Shown here piece after piece: positions 31,264 to 38,686 of a DNA stretch of 64,000 nt; position 1 is the stretch's first letter; every line of letters begins with the position of its first letter. A program made the translations under genes and the position numbers. The DNA is from an uncultured Chlorobiaceae bacterium (GTDB lineage Bacteria; Bacteroidota; Chlorobiia; Chlorobiales; Chlorobiaceae), in the NCBI GenBank assembly GCA_903820085.1, contig CAIJGA010000032.1:10109-74108 (forward strand), written 5' to 3'. Under the pieces are notes generated by a model that saw only the letters and a program-made list of their open reading frames with translations, ran no database searches and had not been told where the DNA came from.

Positions 31264-33126
31264 ATGCAATCCAGCCGTTTTTTCCAGTTCCTTTTCATGA
31301 TCACCCTTACCGTTCTTGGCATCCCTTTTATTGGTGAGGAGCTTATTGCGCGGGCTGGTGGTGGCGGTGGAGGGCATGGTGGCGGACATGGCGGGGGCGG
31401 ATTCTCCGGTGGGGGGCATTTCTCTGGTGGAGGAGGCTATGGCTATGATAACTACTCCAGAGGATCCGGCCATGTCGATGGTAACATCTTTAGTACCGTC
31501 ATCATTCTCCTTGTGATTCTCTACGTGGGATTCCGGCTTCTCTTGTTTCTCCAGGAAGCTTCGATTACCACGTTCGCCAGTATGGCCCGCCATAAAAAAA
31601 ACTCCTTTGAACAAGTCGATGGATGCAAGGAATTTCTCGCCTCAAATCCCCTCTTTGATGTAACGGCATTCTTTTTGAAAGTCCGAAAAGCATTCATCGA
31701 AGTTCAGTCGTCCTGGTCTGAACAAAATACCGGTCGTATGCGCAGGTTCATTACGGATGGGGTCTATCAGCGATTCAATACCCAGTTCAAGATGATGGAA
31801 CTTCTTCAGCAGACCAATCCGATAAGCAATATCCAGATTGCGGATATCTGGGTCGATAAAATCGAACAGGACGGTCTGTATGACATTATGCATGTTGGAA
31901 TCGAAGCCAGCATGGACGACAAGTTTGCCTGTGCCCTGAATCATGAGTTGGATGAGGAAGGTTTTGATGATTTTATTGAGTTCTGGTCGTTTATCCGCAA
32001 GCGTGGCGCACCGAAAAAAGACATCTATGATTCCAGCAACTGTCCGAATTGCGGCGCTCCTTTGCCGGAAAATATCGGTGAGGTTTGCAAGTGTACCCAT
32101 TGTAATGCAATGGTCAACTCCGGGGAATTCGACTGGGTACTTTCCGAAATTACCCAAAAGGATGATTACCACAGCAATGATGTTTTTTCCGGCAAACTGG
32201 GTAATCTGGAAACAAAGGTGCACAACATGGCATCGGTTTATGGCGATTTTTCCGTTCAACTGGTTGAGGACAAGGCTTCAAATGCCTACATGCAGATCAT
32301 GACCGCTCAAGCCATGCGTGATCCTTCGGTTATGCGCAGGTTTGTCTCCGATGAACTGTTCGGGCAGCTTGCTCCAAAGTTCGAAACGAATCAGGAGATT
32401 TTCAATCGGATTTTCCTGAACAAGGTTACTCTGATTGGCGCACAGAAAAAGGATAATAAAAACATCCTCATCTTTGCACTCATCTGTTCAATGCAGAGAG
32501 TGCTGGTTCAAAACAATAGGGTTGAGCTGGTCGATCCGGAAATTATGACGCGGGAAGAAGTAATTATTCTGACCCGGGATGCTCAGGCCGGAGCCGGAAA
32601 GGGTTCAATCTATCAGCATAATTGCCCGGCTTGTGGTGGCCCAGTCAAGAATACGCTTGATATCAAGTGTTCATACTGCGGAAGTCTGCTTAACAGTACA
32701 GAGAACGACTGGGTTGTCAGCGCACTGATGAGCCGGTCAGCATTCGCTGAATATTATGGCGCGAATAAGGGCTCTTTCACTGCGAAAGTTAATCCTGCTG
32801 TGCTGGATAAGCTTTATGGTGTTAAGGATTATGCACTTAATAACATCATGATCGTTTTTTCGGCTGATGGAGCTTTTCAAGATGAGGAAAGAACTTTTTT
32901 GACTGAAGCCGCGAACAATTTGGGGTTCAAGATTGACAATATTGAACCTCTATTCAAGATGGCAGCAAGCGGAAGGCTTTCGATCAGAATGCCTGAAGAC
33001 CAGAATATGCGCAACAGTATTTACAAGCTGATGGAGAAGGCAGCAAGTGCTGACAAAAACATTTCCCCACTGGAACAAACGATATTGGATTGGGTCAAAG
33101 TGACTTATATCGACACCAAAGCCTGA
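31264..33126 (+). CDS. membrane protein: Gly/His-rich segment, two Tim44-like domains each followed by a zinc ribbon, and a TerB-like C-terminus
   Basis: ATG at 31264 preceded by AAGGAG. N-terminal hydrophobic segment, G/H-rich run, TM segment. Two repeats end in CPNC...CKCTHC + EFDWVLSE and CPAC...CSYC + ENDWVVSA. The C-terminal helical module resembles TerB. Domain names are from pattern memory. Confidence 0.6.
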   Translation: MQSSRFFQFLFMITLTVLGIPFIGEELIARAGGGGGGHGGGHGGGGFSGGGHFSGGGGYGYDNYSRGSGHVDGNIFSTVIILLVILYVGFRLLLFLQEASITTFASMARHKKNSFEQVDGCKEFLASNPLFDVTAFFLKVRKAFIEVQSSWSEQNTGRMRRFITDGVYQRFNTQFKMMELLQQTNPISNIQIADIWVDKIEQDGLYDIMHVGIEASMDDKFACALNHELDEEGFDDFIEFWSFIRKRGAPKKDIYDSSNCPNCGAPLPENIGEVCKCTHCNAMVNSGEFDWVLSEITQKDDYHSNDVFSGKLGNLETKVHNMASVYGDFSVQLVEDKASNAYMQIMTAQAMRDPSVMRRFVSDELFGQLAPKFETNQEIFNRIFLNKVTLIGAQKKDNKNILIFALICSMQRVLVQNNRVELVDPEIMTREEVIILTRDAQAGAGKGSIYQHNCPACGGPVKNTLDIKCSYCGSLLNSTENDWVVSALMSRSAFAEYYGANKGSFTAKVNPAVLDKLYGVKDYALNNIMIVFSADGAFQDEERTFLTEAANNLGFKIDNIEPLFKMAASGRLSIRMPEDQNMRNSIYKLMEKAASADKNISPLEQTILDWVKVTYIDTKA

Positions 33127-33259
33127 ATCCCGGTGCATTTACCTGTCGCCGTTTGCCGGCTGGTTGGGCGCAGTTCTCGAGTCCGGGCACGGGACATGGC
33201 GTAAATTTAAGGGTGGCTTAATTTTTTTGGTTGTTCTTTTTCATGATATTTTGTACTAT

Positions 33260-33286
33260 GCATACCTGTACGGGGTATAGGTATGC
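33260..33286. promoter_or_regulatory. inverted repeat (candidate operator or RNA hairpin) upstream of the rhodanese gene
   Basis: GCATACCT (33260-33267), 11 nt, then AGGTATGC (33279-33286). An inner ATACC-N7-GGTAT is present, and GCATACCTGC recurs about 70 nt downstream. Confidence 0.3.
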
Positions 33287-33426
33287 GGGGAAACTGCTCA
33301 AGTGTCCATCCCTTTTATATACAACTTGGCATTGCATACCTGCTCTTTTTGTTGATATAAAATACAAGGCAGTTACGTTCGAGCGGACCGAACCGAACGA
33401 TTTTTGAACCAGATAGCAAGTTTACT

Positions 33427-33801
33427 ATGAATAATTCACGTGATGTCACACCCACGAAAGCCTTTGCAATGATTCAGAAAGGGGCATTGCTCGTTGATGT
33501 CCGTGAACAGGGCGAAGTTGACAGAAAATCATTCGATGTTCCCGAAATCCTGCTGATTCCTTTACGTCAGCTTGAAACCCGGTACAAGGAAATACCCACA
33601 GATCGTCAGGTAATTATTGCCTGTCATAGCGGCAGTCGCAGTATAATGGCCAGCCGTTTTCTGATGAACCAAGGGTATAAAAAATCATTCAATATGCAGT
33701 CCGGTCTGGTTCGTTGGGTTGCGGAAGGGCTTCCGCTTAAAGAAAAAGAAAAACAAAAAACCAGCCTCTGGCTGTCGCAACTTTTCAGCAAGAGGCCATA
33801 A
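33427..33801 (+). CDS. single-domain rhodanese-like sulfurtransferase
   Basis: Active-site loop CHSGSRS and rhodanese-fold length (124 aa). Confidence 0.85.
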   Translation: MNNSRDVTPTKAFAMIQKGALLVDVREQGEVDRKSFDVPEILLIPLRQLETRYKEIPTDRQVIIACHSGSRSIMASRFLMNQGYKKSFNMQSGLVRWVAEGLPLKEKEKQKTSLWLSQLFSKRP

Positions 33802-34271
33802 AGCGGGCTGTTAAGTCCGTTATCGAAACCATGTGTGTTTTTGAGTGTGTGATCTGCGCCAGCAGATCATAGCCGGTGCCCTCTGGCGTGTATTATTTTT
33901 GTCCCTGCCGTGATATTCTCCCGCTGAATACTAACAAGTATCAGGAAAATAATGTAATTTGCTGTTGCTAATATTGTAATATGACATCTAGTTGTGTCAT
34001 TTCTTGGTTCTCCAGCATTCGTGGGCAGTACCCCGTTCAGAAGCGGTCGGGTATACGGAATTCCTGCCAGAGTTACCGAAGCATACAACTGCAACAGTTT
34101 ACGTCAAAAACAGAGAGAGAGCTGACCAGGCCTTCATGAGGTTTACAGTAAGTAATGTGACACTCTTTGGCTGTAGCGTAACTTGTTATTCATAATAAGG
34201 TTACTGAGAAACTGGAGTTAGCCGAAAATCCAATAAAACAGAGTAGGCAAAATTAATGCTAATAAACTAAA

Positions 34272-35018
34272 ATGAAAACAACATTCAAATCAGCATTGTT
34301 AATCTCGTTGTTTCTCCTTTGCTTTATTAAAGTTAGTATGGCAGGTGATCGAGAAATAGGCGGATATGTTGACAAAGCCGAAGACCGCTTTGTAAGAAAC
34401 GTCTGGAACTTTGTCAAAAACTTTCAAGGTTGGCAAAACATTGGCAGCAATCGTTATCAGACTTCACAGTATTATTGGTCGGAGCCTCGATTCTTTAATA
34501 CCGAGTCTGCGAACTTTGTTGACAAGATGGATCTTGTCTATGTCGCATCGCACGGTTCAGCTTATTATACACAAAGCACGCAAACCCCAAATACCGGAGC
34601 TTCTCTTAACCTGTGTCCCGGTTATGGATACTTGCCCACAAACGGCGATATCGAGTTCCTCATTATTGAATCATGCTCTACTGTTACCAGCGCGCCTGAA
34701 GCGGCAGGCGGAGATTGGTGGTCTCCTTGGGCAAATTCAATTTTCAAGGGATTGCATCAGCTGGTCGGTTTCAGAACATTAAGCTATTCTGATAACGGAA
34801 TCCCGAATAATTTTGCAAATAAGTTAAAAGGCAACGGTGGCGTGTGGCAATCTTGGTTTAATGCCGTTAATGAAGAGCGTTCAATATGGCATGATAGTTC
34901 ATGGCCGGGCTATGCAAGCGCCATACTGTATACAACGACAGAAAATGACCGCCTTGGCAATTACGCTGCAGACCCTGCGCCGGGAGCTTACAATATGGAA
35001 ACATGGTGGCAATATTAA
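34272..35018 (+). CDS. secreted hypothetical protein with a clan-CD (caspase/legumain-like) His-Gly...Ser-Cys dyad signature
   Basis: Signal peptide (..IKVSMA/GD). DLVYVASH94G and EFLIIESC135S each follow a hydrophobic beta-strand, with a 41-residue H-C spacing. I recognise no named family. Confidence 0.55.
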   Translation: MKTTFKSALLISLFLLCFIKVSMAGDREIGGYVDKAEDRFVRNVWNFVKNFQGWQNIGSNRYQTSQYYWSEPRFFNTESANFVDKMDLVYVASHGSAYYTQSTQTPNTGASLNLCPGYGYLPTNGDIEFLIIESCSTVTSAPEAAGGDWWSPWANSIFKGLHQLVGFRTLSYSDNGIPNNFANKLKGNGGVWQSWFNAVNEERSIWHDSSWPGYASAILYTTTENDRLGNYAADPAPGAYNMETWWQY

Positions 35019-35058
35019 TTGTTTGATACTTTATTTGAAAATCTAAAAACCAGATAAA

Positions 35059-36075
35059 ATGAAAAAAACAAATAAAATGCAGAGAATAATGGCTCCTGTG
35101 CTGGCAGCTGTTTTTTTAATGCCAGCCCAGTCCAGGAATACCGTGCAGTCCACCAATACCGACCAGATCAATCAGTCAAACCTGATCAGCAGGGCCGAGA
35201 AAGTATTTACTTACTCGTTTGATGCGCCAAAAGAATTATCTGTTTCAAGCGCAGGGAGGATAGCATCAAGATTAATGGAGGCCGGCATTGTTCCGCTTAC
35301 CGTAACCGATCAGAGAATAGCCTGTTACTCATCACCTGAGGATGCGTCAGTATATTTTGAACAGGATTTGGGTACAGGCAATCTCAGCTTCACCAAAAGC
35401 ATGAGAAAGTATTATGGCAATGCCGCACCTCAACTTCCTTCTCCTGAAGAAGCTGACAAGATAGCCAGGGAATATTTGACAAAGTTTAACCTGATGCCTC
35501 TCAACGAAAGAGAAATCCAGTTGGTCCATAAAGGAGGGCTAAGAGCAACCTCGGTTATTGACGGAAAAAAAGGCGGCCCCATTATTGATAAAATGATAAC
35601 CCTTACTTATGGAAGAGTTATTGATGGAGTGCCTGTCGTTGGGCCGGGGTCAAAATTAGTTATCAGCGTGGGCAATGGCGGCGAAATAACAGGAGTAGTC
35701 AAACGTTGGAGAGAAATAAATCTCTTGACGAAAACTCAATTAAGGCCGGAACAGGTAGTCAGCCAGGCCGAAGCTCAGTCGGAATTGCGAAGATTAATGG
35801 TAACAGAATTTGGTCAGGAGGCAACGTATGAAATAAAGAGCAGCGGCAGAGCATACTATGATGGAAACGGAAAAACGCTTCAGCCCGTATTTATCTATGA
35901 TACCAGAGTATCGCTCGGTAAAGGCAATGTTGAGCCATTTAATTATCTCGCATTGATAAATATACAGCGCAATCCGGTTGAATCGGTCAGACCGGTTCTT
36001 GATGAAAGAGCAAAAGCAAGTTTGAGAGATGCAAGAGGTGTCGAAAGAATACGTCCGTTGGATAAAGAGGATTAA
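35059..36075 (+). CDS. secreted hypothetical protein (two repeated alpha/beta lobes, PepSY/propeptide-like)
   Basis: Signal peptide. Two segments begin SPEEADKIAREYL... and SQAEAQSELRRLM..., resembling propeptide/PepSY-type modules. Lies 40 nt downstream of 34272..35018. Confidence 0.55.
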   Translation: MKKTNKMQRIMAPVLAAVFLMPAQSRNTVQSTNTDQINQSNLISRAEKVFTYSFDAPKELSVSSAGRIASRLMEAGIVPLTVTDQRIACYSSPEDASVYFEQDLGTGNLSFTKSMRKYYGNAAPQLPSPEEADKIAREYLTKFNLMPLNEREIQLVHKGGLRATSVIDGKKGGPIIDKMITLTYGRVIDGVPVVGPGSKLVISVGNGGEITGVVKRWREINLLTKTQLRPEQVVSQAEAQSELRRLMVTEFGQEATYEIKSSGRAYYDGNGKTLQPVFIYDTRVSLGKGNVEPFNYLALINIQRNPVESVRPVLDERAKASLRDARGVERIRPLDKED

Positions 36076-36083
36076 CGTTCCTG

Positions 36084-36125
36084 CAAAAAAAAGGGGCGTC
36101 TTATGAAGTACGCCCCTTTTTGTTT
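36084..36125. terminator. bidirectional rho-independent terminator between convergent genes
   Basis: AGGGGCGT (36092-36099), a 10-nt loop, then ACGCCCCT (36110-36117). Flanked by an A-run and a T-run. Confidence 0.7.
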
Positions 36126-36151
36126 TACGACTCAATCAATTACTCAATCCA

Positions 36152-36871
36152 TCAATCAAGCTTGATGGATTCTCTGGTCTTCTCTCTTCGGCTTCTTTCC
36201 TTTGAGTTATACTCATCCATGCAGCCACTGTCCTTTCCCTCCACCAGAGAACACTGCAGATAGTCTACAATTTCCATGATACAAGCCCTGATTGCTTTTC
36301 CTACAGGTGTATTGTTATACTGCCCAAGGTGACCTCCAAAGCCTCCGCGGTTTACTCCAAGGCTTACACCACTTGATTTTGATGTTGCCTCTACAGTTCG
36401 GGCGTCATAGATTTCGCCGGTTTCAACATCAATCACCTTCAGATCGACAGCCATGTACGCCTTGTCCTGCCTTGCTCCCAGGCTAAAACCACCAAAGGAG
36501 AGTCCACCGCCGCCACCGCTCGTATTTTGTTCAAAGGCTGAAAGTGTAGCAGCAACCAGATATTTGGCACCGGTAATATTTCCTAATCTCGATCTTGTTC
36601 TCGGATTAACCCTACCGGAATCTCCCAGATCCTGTTCACTGATAACAGCATCCAGTTCTCTCCTTTCGAGCACCCTAAAACTGTTCGTCGCAGCCAACTC
36701 TGCAATAAGCATATCCTGCAAATCCGTTCCGACACTCCCTTCCCACCATCCTGCAGAGGTATGGTTTGTAAACCTCAATACCCCGATCCGTGGCCTTACT
36801 GAGGCATATCCTTGAGAAAAAACAGAAATGGAAAAAAGAAATAGAAACAGCAGAAAAACTTTGATCCTCAT
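36152..36871 (-). CDS. CsgG family (curli-type secretion channel-like) protein with no lipobox
   Basis: IGVLRFTN...LQDMLIAELAATNSFRVLERRELDAVISEQDL...GAKYLVAATLSAFE...AVDLKVIDVETGEI matches the CsgG/PF03783 pattern. The signal peptide lacks a lipobox Cys, and the C-terminal tail is Cys-containing. Confidence 0.7.
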   Translation of the reverse strand: MRIKVFLLFLFLFSISVFSQGYASVRPRIGVLRFTNHTSAGWWEGSVGTDLQDMLIAELAATNSFRVLERRELDAVISEQDLGDSGRVNPRTRSRLGNITGAKYLVAATLSAFEQNTSGGGGGLSFGGFSLGARQDKAYMAVDLKVIDVETGEIYDARTVEATSKSSGVSLGVNRGGFGGHLGQYNNTPVGKAIRACIMEIVDYLQCSLVEGKDSGCMDEYNSKERSRREKTRESIKLD

Positions 36872-37014
36872 GATGATCCTCCGGAATTATGACGTTTAAA
36901 CAGGAAAATGCAAAATATTTACTATTAAAGTATCACAGTAAAAAGAAAAACCAAAAGACGGAAGGGTATGCCAGTGCCCTTACCCTACTTTTTCTCTTCC
37001 TTACCTTAACGCTA

Positions 37015-37887
37015 TTACGGGGAAACAATTCCGCCCGCAAGACATTTTCCTGATAATTTGTGAAATGAGATAGCTTGAGGCAACGCTTTTCCTGAAGAAT
37101 CAAAGTTTGTCTCTTCGTAAAGTTCACGTCCTTCATGGCGGAAAAAAACACCCAGAGGGAGTTTGTCATGTCCGGTTGCAAGACGGAATACTGCCTTGCG
37201 GTCACTGGTGCCGTGGCTCTTGGGAAGGTAGTGGATATTTTTCTTGAACCGCTGATAGGCACTCAGTTTGTTGAAGACAACGCACGGCTGCAATACATCG
37301 ATTACCGAAAACCCTCTGAAGGCAATCGCCTCCATGATCATCCACGTTGTCTGTTTAACATCTCCGGCAAAGGCTCTAGCAATAAATGGAGCATTCATGG
37401 TAAGAGCTGCAGCCAGCGGGTTGAAGGATTCAAGCTTGACACTGTTACCCTGAACTGGTTTCTTTGTGCTGCGGGCTGATGCGGGAGCGGCTTGAACGTT
37501 AGTGAAGTCGCAGACCATGTTGTTGTGAAAAATCATGGTGACATCCGCGTTTCTCCGGATGGCATCGAGAAAATGATGGCCTTCTTCACCAAGCAGGTCT
37601 CCATCACCCGATTCAACGATAACAAGAAGCTTCCTGCCCGACGGCTTGAGGACTGGTGCGGCAGGCTGCGAACGGTCGTGCAGCGCGTTGAACATATCGG
37701 CATTCAGATCTTGCAGTGTTTTGGCTGCCTGACCTATCCCCGAGACCGTCACAAGGTTTTCAGGCTCAATATTGAGTTCATGCATTGCCAACTTTACAGC
37801 CTTGTGCAACATGTGGTTTCCGCACGCAGGACACCAGGCAACATCGTTGATGTGGTACATATTGAACTCGGTTGGTATATCATTCAT
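37015..37887 (-). CDS. divergent 2-oxoacid:ferredoxin oxidoreductase beta (TPP-binding) subunit homolog with no adjacent alpha subunit
   Basis: WCPACG, SGIG, GDGD...HNN (TPP motif), FNPLAAAL, FIARAFAGD and VLQPCVVFN align with KorB-type subunits. GIGC is GIGQ here, and the HTLHGRA and YGLTKGQ blocks are degenerate. Confidence 0.7.
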   Translation of the reverse strand: MNDIPTEFNMYHINDVAWCPACGNHMLHKAVKLAMHELNIEPENLVTVSGIGQAAKTLQDLNADMFNALHDRSQPAAPVLKPSGRKLLVIVESGDGDLLGEEGHHFLDAIRRNADVTMIFHNNMVCDFTNVQAAPASARSTKKPVQGNSVKLESFNPLAAALTMNAPFIARAFAGDVKQTTWMIMEAIAFRGFSVIDVLQPCVVFNKLSAYQRFKKNIHYLPKSHGTSDRKAVFRLATGHDKLPLGVFFRHEGRELYEETNFDSSGKALPQAISFHKLSGKCLAGGIVSP

Positions 37888-38172
37888 GATAGGTATCCTT
37901 TAACGCATCGCTGATGCTTTTTCAATGACTCATAGCAGGGGTCGCTTTTGCATAAAGCAATCATTTTCGTTATGAGAGATAAGTGGCTTTTCCTTAATGA
38001 TTTCGATATAACCAACAAAAGACCTAAAAAGTGCTGATTAAAAAACAAGGAAATCTGAAAATATTAAGGATTTCTGCCAATTGTTTGAATTAAGCACTTT
38101 TATTTTGATTCGCCAAAAATCGTCGGCTCTCCCGTTTTTTGTTGCTCTGTTGAAGTGTTTTTTTTCTGTTAC

Positions 38173-38526
38173 TTACTCCTTTGCTGGAAGATGTTGTTTT
38201 ACGGCGGCGATGAGTGCGTCAAGATCGGTAAGGTCGTCTATCTCCTTTTTCGAAAGCAGCACATCGAAAGTGAAGTTTTTCTTCAGGATAACAGGATACT
38301 GGAAGTGCTGGCCATATTTTTTCTCGAATTCGTCACGGTGCAGGAACTCAACAGGCACCCCAATGGAGATGCGAAACGCTTTCCATTCCTCAATTTCGGT
38401 GAAAGGTCCATGGGTCAGTTTGCAGAGGCTGCAACTGTAGGTTTCGGGACTCAGAATCTTGTGCCCAAGGTCGATAAGACTGCTGACGGGGTTGCTGTCG
38501 GTGTTGTAAACAAAAATAAGAGTCAT
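38173..38526 (-). CDS. conserved hypothetical small protein with a CxxC motif (possible thioredoxin-like fold)
   Basis: 117 aa, with IFVYNTDSNPVSSLIDLGHKILSPETYSCSLCKLTHG and then EFLHRDEF. I have seen similar small proteins elsewhere but cannot name the family. Confidence 0.5.
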   Translation of the reverse strand: MTLIFVYNTDSNPVSSLIDLGHKILSPETYSCSLCKLTHGPFTEIEEWKAFRISIGVPVEFLHRDEFEKKYGQHFQYPVILKKNFTFDVLLSKKEIDDLTDLDALIAAVKQHLPAKE

Positions 38527-38686
38527 CGTTGTGGATTTAATGATATAATCGTGAATGTTTTAATATACTGCTCGTTGTGATTTATCATGTGTTTACCGGT
38601 TATGAAAGCGGTAAAAAATCATTATTCTACGATATTTCCCGGGCAAAGCAGATGAATAGTTCTTCTTCCAACACAAGAAACACCTG

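Noticed and set aside
33867-34094. 75-aa minus-strand ORF in the spacer upstream of the caspase-fold gene
   Set aside because: It has no motifs or RBS-like sequence and sits in AT-rich spacer. It is probably non-coding, although the 470-nt spacer itself could hold an unrecognised small RNA.
36933-37262. 109-aa minus-strand ORF
   Set aside because: It overlaps the 3' end of the KorB-like gene in another frame, and the KorB-like frame has homology support.
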